Source: Candidatus Fibrimonas termitidis
GTDB taxonomy: Bacteria > Fibrobacterota > Fibrobacteria > Fibrobacterales > Fibrobacteraceae
NCBI GenBank assembly: GCA_001462245.1
Contig: LIUG01000158.1
Location: 401-59,921, forward strand
Direction of reading: 5' to 3'
Length of the DNA: 59,521 nt
Both the position numbers and the translations under genes were made by a program. The notes below the pieces were generated by a model. It was not told the DNA's origin. It worked only from the letters and a program-made list of their open reading frames with translations, and ran no database searches. Each line of letters starts with the position of its first letter. The first letter of the stretch is position 1. Positions 9,610-15,939 of the stretch are shown in pieces.

Positions 9610-10798
9610 GGTTTGAAGTCAAAAAATCCAGAGCATTTATGGTTTTTATGCCGTTATCGTTGCTTGTGCCGCGGTCCATGGTTATTATGAATTTTTCGTA
9701 ATTGTCCTTTATTTTTTCCAATGGAGCCAGCTCCCGTTCAAGGGTGCTTTTTTCACGAACCGTATAAGCAACTTGATAATATGAAGGGATGCCATCTCTG
9801 AAAGCTATAAAATCTATCTCCAAATTTCCAAGCCTGCCTACAAAAACCTCATAGCCTCTTCTGATGAGTTCCAAATATACGATGTTTTCCAAAATTGAAC
9901 CGTAGTCCTTTCTCTTATCACCCCAAAGATAACGCCTAATCCCCAAGTCTGCAACAAAGTATTTATCATTTGCCTTTAAGTATTCTCTGCCGTTTACATC
10001 CAAACGGTTTACCTTGTAAATCACATAGCAGTCTTGCAAAGCTGCCAAGTAATTTTCAACCGTTTGCACGGAAATTTTGAAACCAAAGGTTTTCAGTGTG
10101 TCGGATATTTTTTTTGTTGAAGTTAAGAAGCCTATATTGCCAAAGATAAATTTTACAAGCCTTTCCAGAGCTGCAATTTCACTTATTTTTTTTCTCTGAA
10201 CCACGTCTTTCAGAATAACGGTATTCATTATGCCTGCCAGATAATCGTTTATCTTCTCTCTGTTAAAACCAAGTTCCATAGCATAAGGAAAAGAGCTGAA
10301 ATTTATGTAATTCTCAAAAAGTTTTTCGCGGTCAATATCCTTGAATGCAGAGCAATATTCCTTAAAAGAAAGCGGCATCATCTCAATTGAAACATAACGC
10401 CCAGACAGGAATGTGGCAAGTTCACCAGACAAAAAATACGCATTTGAGCCGGTTATGTATAAATCTATATTTTTTCGCAAGTTCAGGCTATTTATCACTT
10501 TCTCAAAACTCGGAACAACTTGAATTTCGTCCAAGAAAACATAGTGCGTTTTTTCTGCTCCGGTTTTTTCTGCAATGTATTTATGCAAAATTTTAGGGTC
10601 GGCAAGTTCTGAGTTTTCAAAATCCTCAAAATTTATGAATATAATCCTTTTTTGCGGAACGCCTATGGAATGCAGATAATCAATATAAAGTTTTAGCAGA
10701 GTTGACTTTCCGCAACGCCTTATACCCATTACAACCTTTATAAGCTCAGAATCCTTAAAAGCTATGAGTTTATTCAAATATTCCGTTCTTTGGATCAT
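9602..10798 (-). CDS. AAA+ ATPase of the AAA_14/DUF4143 type
   Basis: Walker A GIRRCGKSTLL, Walker B-like YVFLDEIQ, and a C-terminal region typical of DUF4143 proteins. Confidence 0.7.
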   Translation of the reverse strand: MIQRTEYLNKLIAFKDSELIKVVMGIRRCGKSTLLKLYIDYLHSIGVPQKRIIFINFEDFENSELADPKILHKYIAEKTGAEKTHYVFLDEIQVVPSFEKVINSLNLRKNIDLYITGSNAYFLSGELATFLSGRYVSIEMMPLSFKEYCSAFKDIDREKLFENYINFSSFPYAMELGFNREKINDYLAGIMNTVILKDVVQRKKISEIAALERLVKFIFGNIGFLTSTKKISDTLKTFGFKISVQTVENYLAALQDCYVIYKVNRLDVNGREYLKANDKYFVADLGIRRYLWGDKRKDYGSILENIVYLELIRRGYEVFVGRLGNLEIDFIAFRDGIPSYYQVAYTVREKSTLERELAPLEKIKDNYEKFIITMDRGTSNDNGIKTINALDFLTSNPM

Positions 10799-10805
10799 AA
10801 TTTTA

Positions 10806-10815
10806 AATATACATT
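10806..10815 (-). promoter_or_regulatory. -10-like element AATGTATATT, 7 nt before ATG of the ATPase gene
   Basis: Minus strand reads AATGTATATT-TAAAATT-ATG(10798). Confidence 0.45.
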
Positions 10816-10884
10816 AAATTTACAGAAAAAGTACAAAAAATTTAAGGTGCATGTGAAATTTTTTGTAATTTGAGAATATAATCC

Positions 10885-10912
10885 CTGTCGTTTTAGGGCT
10901 GTCGTTTTAGGG
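10885..10912. repeat. perfect 14-bp tandem duplication CTGTCGTTTTAGGG x2 abutting a -35 box
   Basis: 10885-10898 and 10899-10912 are identical; they end 1 nt before TTGACA. Confidence 0.95.
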
Positions 10913-10913
10913 G

Positions 10914-10942
10914 TTGACAAGCCACTTCTTTTTTGCTATATT
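10914..10942 (+). promoter_or_regulatory. consensus sigma-70 promoter TTGACA-N17-TATATT of the sulfur operon
   Basis: TTGACA 10914-10919, 17-nt spacer, TATATT 10937-10942. Confidence 0.7.
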
Positions 10943-10953
10943 TAAGCCTGATT

Positions 10954-11034
10954 ATGGCTTTGAGCAACAAAACATCGTTCTCTAAACACCTGTGCTGTCG
11001 AGTGTTCTCCAGCAACAGACTTTGTTGTTGCTAA
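10954..11034 (+). CDS. Cys-rich leader peptide (26 aa) MALSNKTSFSKHLCCRVFSSNRLCCC
   Basis: First ATG after the promoter, 11 nt from the -10. 5 of 26 codons are Cys (CC at 10993-10998, terminal CCC at 11023-11031), then TAA at 11032-11034. Lies in the roughly 150-nt leader of a sulfur-assimilation operon. Confidence 0.55.
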   Translation: MALSNKTSFSKHLCCRVFSSNRLCCC

Positions 11035-11041
11035 AATTTTT
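11011..11041 (+). terminator. candidate attenuator hairpin plus T-run overlapping the poly-Cys codons
   Basis: AGCAACA (11011-11017) pairs with TGTTGCT (11026-32), 8-nt loop, then AAAATTTTT. Competing pairing with AGCAACAA at 10963-10970. Stem is short (7 bp, 3 GC), so strength is uncertain. Confidence 0.35.
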
Positions 11042-11100
11042 CCAAAAAATCCGTATCTCACGGTGGCTTTCGCACCATAAAAGAAAGGTTCTAATAGGAG

Positions 11101-11967
11101 ATGAATATGGCAATTGATTATAAAGCGTTGAAGAATGGCGGTTTTATGCGGCAGGTGCAGAAAAATAATTTCTCCCTGCGGTTGAAAGTTGTTGGTGGCA
11201 ATCTGACGGCAGGCCAGTTGCTCGCCATTGCCGATATCAGCAAAAAATACGGAGATGGGCATATCCACTTGACCTCACGGCAGGGGGTGGAAATTCCTTT
11301 TATCAAACTGGAGGACGTTGAGCAGGTCAAGGCCGAACTGGAAGCGGGCGGGGTGAACACCGGCGTTTGCGGCCCAAGGGTGCGGACGGTTACCGCCTGT
11401 CAGGGCAATGCGGTCTGTCCTTCGGGCTGTATAGATACTTACCCGCTGGGGGTGGAAATTTCCGAGCGGTACTTTGGGAAGGAATTGCCGCACAAGTTCA
11501 AATTTGGCATTACCGGCTGTGCGAACAACTGCTTGAAAGCTGAGGAAAATGATTTGGGTGTAAAGGGCGGCTATACCATTGAATTTGTTAAGGAAAGCTG
11601 TTCCTTATGCGGCGTGTGCATCAAGGCTTGCCGCGAGGGCGCAATTGCCAAAATTGACAACGAAATTGTGCTTGATAAATCCAAATGCAATAATTGCGGG
11701 CGGTGTGTGAAATCCTGCCCCTTTGATGCATGGAAGGGCGAGCCGGGATACATTCTCTCTTTCGGCGGGCTTTTCGGCAACCAGATTGCTAAAGGCGAGC
11801 AATTTTTGCCTATTATCCGAGACAAGGAAATTTTGTTCCGTGTGGCGGATGCGGCACTCGCTTTTTTTGACAAGCACGCAAAACCCAGCGAGAGATTTCG
11901 CATAGCCATTGACCGCACGGGCTGGGATGCATTCAAAACCGAAATGGAGGTTGCTTATCATGGATGA
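11101..11967 (+). CDS. small assimilatory-type sulfite reductase (nitrite/sulfite reductase 4Fe-4S/sirohaem domain plus 2x[4Fe-4S] ferredoxin insert)
   Basis: HLTSRQGVEIPF, Cys clusters TACQGNAVCPSGC and GCANNCLK, and ferredoxin motifs CSLCGVCIKAC and CNNCGRCVKSCP. SD AGGAG favours the second ATG (11107). Confidence 0.75.
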   Translation: MNMAIDYKALKNGGFMRQVQKNNFSLRLKVVGGNLTAGQLLAIADISKKYGDGHIHLTSRQGVEIPFIKLEDVEQVKAELEAGGVNTGVCGPRVRTVTACQGNAVCPSGCIDTYPLGVEISERYFGKELPHKFKFGITGCANNCLKAEENDLGVKGGYTIEFVKESCSLCGVCIKACREGAIAKIDNEIVLDKSKCNNCGRCVKSCPFDAWKGEPGYILSFGGLFGNQIAKGEQFLPIIRDKEILFRVADAALAFFDKHAKPSERFRIAIDRTGWDAFKTEMEVAYHG

Positions 11968-12217
11968 TTTTGCCATAGATGAAAGCATAGACATCACCGA
12001 TGTGGTATGCCCCGTGACCTTTGTGAAAGCGAAGGTTGCGCTTGAAGAACTGGAAGAGGGTCAAGTTCTCTCTATTCGTTTAAACGATGGCGAGCCTGTG
12101 CAAAACGTGCCTCGCAGCATCAAAGAAGAGGGGCACCGGATTATCAAACTCGCAGACAACGGGGACGGAACCTATAATCTGATTGTTAAAAAAGTTGAAA
12201 ACCAAGGAGAAACATAA
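11960..12217 (+). CDS. TusA/SirA-like sulfurtransferase
   Basis: ITDVVCPVTFVKAKVALEEL (Cys-Pro motif); about 85 aa. ATG 11960 overlaps the reductase stop by 8 nt. Confidence 0.7.
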   Translation: MDDFAIDESIDITDVVCPVTFVKAKVALEELEEGQVLSIRLNDGEPVQNVPRSIKEEGHRIIKLADNGDGTYNLIVKKVENQGET

Positions 12218-12218
12218 A

Positions 12219-12434
12219 ATGAAGCTTACTGTATCGGGCAATGAAAAAGAATACGCCGATGGTCTGAGCGTTGCGCAGTTGATAGAACTGGAAAAAGTGG
12301 AAACGCCGCAGTATGTGACTGTTTCCGTCAACGATGAGTTTGTGGAGAGCGGGGCATTCGCCGAGACTTCTCTCAATGCCGGAGACATCGTGGAATTCCT
12401 GTACTTTATGGGTGGGGGGCAATATGGCTTTTAG
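12219..12434 (+). CDS. ThiS/MoaD-type sulfur-carrier protein with C-terminal extension after Gly-Gly
   Basis: 71 aa from ATG 12219 (SD AAGGAGA at 12204-12210). Ends ...VEFLYFMGGGQYGF, so the GG is masked by a short tail. Confidence 0.75.
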   Translation: MKLTVSGNEKEYADGLSVAQLIELEKVETPQYVTVSVNDEFVESGAFAETSLNAGDIVEFLYFMGGGQYGF

Positions 12435-13224
12435 CAATGAGCAGTTGGAGCGATATTCCCGCCACATAATACTACAGGAAGTCGGAGCGAAGGGGCAGAA
12501 AAAACTGATGGATGCCAAGGTTCTGATAATAGGCGCAGGTGGTTTGGGTGCACCCGCCGCCTTGTATCTTGCAGCCGCAGGTGTTGGCACTATCGGTATT
12601 GCCGATGCCGACGAGGTTGATCTTTCCAATCTTCAGCGGCAGGTGATCCACTCCACGCCGGATGTGGGCAAGGCAAAAGTTCTTTCCGCAAAAGAAAGCA
12701 TGAACGCCATAAACCCGGAAGTGACAGTCAACACTTATCAAGAGTTTGTGGATGCGAGCAACATCACGGATTTAATCGCCGACTATGATTTTATCATTGA
12801 CGGCACAGACAATTTTCCGGCGAAGTTCCTAATCAACGATGCTTGTGTTCTTTCAAAGAAGCCCTTTTCCCATGCGGGCATTATCCGTTTCAAAGGTCAG
12901 TTGATGACTTATGTCCCCGGCGCAGGTCCGTGCTACCGCTGTGTGTTCCGTGAGCCCCCTCCCCCCGAGGCCGTGCCAACGTGCAGGCAAGCAGGCGTTA
13001 TCGGAGCGATAGGCGGCATAATAGGTTCGCTGCAAGCGATGGAAACGGTAAAGTTCATAATCGGCAAAGGCGATTTGCTCACAGGCTCCCTGCTCACATA
13101 CGATGCGTTGAAAATGGAGTTCCGCAAAATCAAGCTTCCGAAAGCGAAGAACTGCGCAGTGTGCGGAGAAAGCCCCTCCATTCTAAAACCTTTTGACTAC
13201 GAACAGGCGGTGTGCAAATTATGA
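12424..13224 (+). CDS. ThiF/MoeB/HesA-family E1-like adenylyltransferase
   Basis: RYSRHIILQEVG, nucleotide loop IIGAGGLGAP, and zinc motifs CYRC...CAVC; no rhodanese domain. Start ATG 12424 overlaps the carrier tail by 11 nt. Confidence 0.85.
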   Translation: MAFSNEQLERYSRHIILQEVGAKGQKKLMDAKVLIIGAGGLGAPAALYLAAAGVGTIGIADADEVDLSNLQRQVIHSTPDVGKAKVLSAKESMNAINPEVTVNTYQEFVDASNITDLIADYDFIIDGTDNFPAKFLINDACVLSKKPFSHAGIIRFKGQLMTYVPGAGPCYRCVFREPPPPEAVPTCRQAGVIGAIGGIIGSLQAMETVKFIIGKGDLLTGSLLTYDALKMEFRKIKLPKAKNCAVCGESPSILKPFDYEQAVCKL

Positions 13225-13637
13225 TAACCATCCGTTTGAAACAGCAGGATTGCAAATCCATAATCGCTCATGCCAAAAACGGTTTGCCCAATGAGGCTTG
13301 CGGGCTGCTCGCAGGAAAAGCGGATGGCGATGTAAAAACGGTGGAGAAGGTTTATCTCTTATCTAACCCGGACAGCAGCCCTGAGCATTTCTCCATAGAT
13401 CCTAAGGAGCAATTGGCGGCGGTCAAGGATATGAGGGCGAATGGTTTTGTTCCTCTTGGGAATTTTCATTCCCATCCGTCAACTCCGGCGCGTCTTTCTG
13501 AAGAGGACATACGGCTTGCTTATGATGGGAAGGCTAGCTATCTCATTTTGTCGCTTGCCGGAGAAAGCCCTGTACTGAATGCGTTTGGAGTTGTGGGTGG
13601 TGAGGTTTTGCCGCAGGTAGTGGATTTACTAGATTAA
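13221..13637 (+). CDS. JAMM/MPN+ metalloprotease (Mec/HcyD-like)
   Basis: NEACG (Glu) and HSHPSTPARLSEED (H-x-H-x7-S-x2-D). ATGA overlap with the E1 stop; an alternative GTG start is at 13212. Confidence 0.8.
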   Translation: MITIRLKQQDCKSIIAHAKNGLPNEACGLLAGKADGDVKTVEKVYLLSNPDSSPEHFSIDPKEQLAAVKDMRANGFVPLGNFHSHPSTPARLSEEDIRLAYDGKASYLILSLAGESPVLNAFGVVGGEVLPQVVDLLD

Positions 13638-13644
13638 CAATCGG

Positions 13645-14037
13645 ATGAAATTCCTTGTTTTTATATTTGTGCTTCTTTTCTTAGCCTCCTGCACAACTAC
13701 TTCCATGGTGAGGGAAAATGCTTATGCACGCTATGAGGAGTATAAAAGCGCAGCAAAATACCATACAGATTCAGAAAAGGATTATCTGATTTTGCTTGAA
13801 AATTTGGAGAAATATCCTAAAGAACCATATCTTTTAACACGAAAGCAAATACTCCGCAGGGAAATTGAGCAAAACAGGCTGCTTATGCTGCAAGCTCGCT
13901 CCGAGTTTGAAAAAGCATTGCAGGAATGGGACTTAACGGTGCAAAAAATGGAAACCGGGTTGCCGAGAGATTCCATTGATTTAAGGCAAATCTTCGGACT
14001 GCCGTCCCCAAAGGATACGGTGCTGATTTATGAGTAA
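13645..14037 (+). CDS. small lipoprotein, unknown function
   Basis: Signal/lipobox FVLLFLASCTT; helical, charged remainder. Confidence 0.5.
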   Translation: MKFLVFIFVLLFLASCTTTSMVRENAYARYEEYKSAAKYHTDSEKDYLILLENLEKYPKEPYLLTRKQILRREIEQNRLLMLQARSEFEKALQEWDLTVQKMETGLPRDSIDLRQIFGLPSPKDTVLIYE

Positions 14038-14780
14038 ATTAGATTATACAATAACTTTAAAGCAAGTGAAATGCTTGCAATTTGAATAAACCTTTTTATC
14101 CAAATTTGATCGTGTTTGTGCTGGAATTTGCTACCCAGGTATCCGCCTAAAATTCCGCCTAAAGCCATGCAAAACGCAAGACTGAAGATTATTTTGCCGG
14201 CAAAAAACAGACCAACGGAGCTTATGAGCAAAAGCCAGATAGTTATGAAATTTTTAATGGCGTTCACATGCTTTAAATCCAGGCCGCTGTATTTACGCAG
14301 AGCGAAAATTTGAATAAAACCAACCCCCACCTGAAAAAGAGTGCCGTAAAAACCAACTGCTATAAACCCCAGAAATGCTTTTATGCCCGGTTTTGCGGGT
14401 GGAGCCTCGGGGGGTTTTCCAAAAGGATCTGTGCCAAGAGAACTCATAATTGCAACTGCAACCATAACAACGGCGAGCAAGCCTTGAAAGGTGGAATCAT
14501 CAATTGTCACAACGAGCAGAGTTCCGAGCAGAGCACCCATGATGGTAGGTGGCAAAAGCATTTTAGCGATATCCATTCGCAAATAGCCATAACGCCTTAA
14601 ACTGAATACGGAACTGAAAACCCCTATAAGCATTCCAAATCGATTTGTTCCGTTCGCAACGGTAGGCGGCAAACCGAGCAAAATCATAATTGGCAAACTG
14701 AGAGCACTAGCTCCACCGGCGATATTGTTTATAAAACCAACAATAAGGCCAAGAGCAAAAAAAATTAGACCTTCAAACAC
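14028..14780 (-). CDS. TauE/SafE (TSUP, DUF81) family anion/sulfite-type permease
   Basis: Polytopic membrane protein with GGASALSLPIMILLGLPPTVANGTNRFGMLIG and an internally repeated half. GTG start. Confidence 0.75.
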   Translation of the reverse strand: MFEGLIFFALGLIVGFINNIAGGASALSLPIMILLGLPPTVANGTNRFGMLIGVFSSVFSLRRYGYLRMDIAKMLLPPTIMGALLGTLLVVTIDDSTFQGLLAVVMVAVAIMSSLGTDPFGKPPEAPPAKPGIKAFLGFIAVGFYGTLFQVGVGFIQIFALRKYSGLDLKHVNAIKNFITIWLLLISSVGLFFAGKIIFSLAFCMALGGILGGYLGSKFQHKHDQIWIKRFIQIASISLALKLLYNLIYS

Positions 14781-14788
14781 ATGGAGTG

Positions 14789-14798
14789 AATATAGAAA
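14789..14798 (-). promoter_or_regulatory. -10-like element TTTCTATATT, 8 nt before GTG of the TauE gene
   Basis: Minus strand reads TTTCTATATT-CACTCCAT-GTG(14780). Back-to-back with the rnpB promoter. Confidence 0.45.
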
Positions 14799-14804
14799 CT
14801 TGGG

Positions 14805-14815
14805 TTTACTATATT
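14805..14815 (+). promoter_or_regulatory. rnpB promoter -10 element TTTACTATATT
   Basis: TATATT 14810-14815 ends 5 nt before the first base of the RNase P RNA P1 helix (14821). Confidence 0.6.
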
Positions 14816-14820
14816 TAGGT

Positions 14821-15178
14821 AACGGGTGGCGGGTTGTCGCTGTGCTTTTGCGCAGAGGAAAGTCCGGGCATCATAGAGCAAAGTGCCGGCTAACGGCCGG
14901 AACCGGTAACGGTATGGATAGCGCAACAGAAAACAAACCGCCGGCTTGAAAGAGCCGGTAAGGGTGAAAAGGCGAGGTAAAAGCTCACCGCGCTTTTGGC
15001 AACAAAGGCGGCAGTGCAAGCCCCACTTGATGCAAGACCAAACAGAAATGAAAGCGTTGCTCGCGCTTGCTTTTGCTGCATTTCGGGTAGGTTGCTGGAA
15101 GCCATTGGCAACAGTGGCTCAAGAGAAATGACAACCGCGCTTAAATGCGAACAGAACCCGGCTTACAGCCACCCGTTT
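14821..15178 (+). ncRNA. rnpB: RNase P RNA, bacterial type A
   Basis: GAGGAAAGTCCGGGC at 14855-14869, GGTAAGGGTGAAA, and ACAGAACCCGGCTTAC at 15151-15166. P1 helix AACGGGTGGC (14821-14830) is perfectly complementary to GCCACCCGTT (15169-15178). Confidence 0.93.
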
Positions 15179-15939
15179 CAAAATCCAAGCGCTGCTCCCA
15201 AAATTATATTGTGAATATTGATGTTTTTTTTGCTAACCGATGTTGAATATTCAAGAGATAACCAAAAATTTCTCGTATTCTCCTTTAATTTTTCAAACTG
15301 TTCCCTTAGATTAAAAGCTATTGAGGCGCTAAAAGAAGCTATAAAGGCTCCATTAAATGCCAAATCCAAATTATGTCCGAAATTTAAACCCCAATTTGGC
15401 GTTGCCAAAAAACCGACGCCGCTTTGGTAGCCAATGCTTGAACCTATTTCCCCATACAATTCATCGCAATGAGTTTTTACGTTTTCATTATGATTTCCCA
15501 TATTTGAAAATTCTCTTCTCAGATCGCTCAGTGTGGTATTTTCAAAAGAGAATACGGGGCCTATGAATAAGACGTATCTTGGCTGGCTGTGCGCAATTTT
15601 TGCATCTATTGAATATCTTTGGTTTATTATGTTACGCATGGAATCCGGTTCCCCGCCTAAAAATTTGATGCTCGCTCCGCCGGATAAATGGGAATTGTAG
15701 GAATAATTTCCGTGGCCTGTCCATGTCCATAAAGTTTTGCAATTTGTGCTGTTAATGGTACCCAGCCCCATTCCGGCGGTTAATCCTTTGTCTTGCGCTA
15801 TACCGTGCCCCGGCAGAGGAATGCCGATGGCATGGGAATTCACCGATAATATTAACAGCAGTAAAAGAAATTGAGAATAATCAGTAGCCCGCTTGAGCGA
15901 ATAATTTAGCCACTGACATGTTGTACTCATAGACCGCAA
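15178..15939 (-). CDS. hypothetical outer-membrane beta-barrel-like protein
   Basis: Hydrophobic signal FLLLLLILSVNSHA, Gly/aromatic-rich sequence, C-terminus ...LGAALGF. 5' end overlaps the TolC-like gene; stop abuts the rnpB 3' end. Confidence 0.4.
   Translation of the reverse strand: MRSMSTTCQWLNYSLKRATDYSQFLLLLLILSVNSHAIGIPLPGHGIAQDKGLTAGMGLGTINSTNCKTLWTWTGHGNYSYNSHLSGGASIKFLGGEPDSMRNIINQRYSIDAKIAHSQPRYVLFIGPVFSFENTTLSDLRREFSNMGNHNENVKTHCDELYGEIGSSIGYQSGVGFLATPNWGLNFGHNLDLAFNGAFIASFSASIAFNLREQFEKLKENTRNFWLSLEYSTSVSKKNINIHNIILGAALGF

Noticed and set aside
10949-11100. SAM, cobalamin or other known riboswitch in the roughly 150-nt leader of the sulfur operon.
   Set aside because: I could not find the conserved cores (for example the SAM-I GGAGGGA...GCAACC...GGUGCUAA arrangement, or the B12 box). 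The pairing elements are instead explained by the Cys-codon hairpin model.
12219-13637. ThiS-like + E1 + JAMM as a ubiquitin-like antiphage conjugation system (Bil/CBASS-associated type).
   Set aside because: No E2-like gene is present. The genes are co-translated with a sulfite reductase and a TusA sulfurtransferase, and are preceded by a Cys-rich leader. This fits sulfur-carrier biosynthesis rather than defence.
14725-15214. Five overlapping ORFs (14725..14949, 14765..15019, 14890..15111, 14946..15131, 14996..15214).
   Set aside because: The region is RNase P RNA, with conserved GAGGAAAGTCCGGGC, a perfect P1 helix and a matching 3' motif. The ORFs are artefacts of the GC-rich structured RNA.
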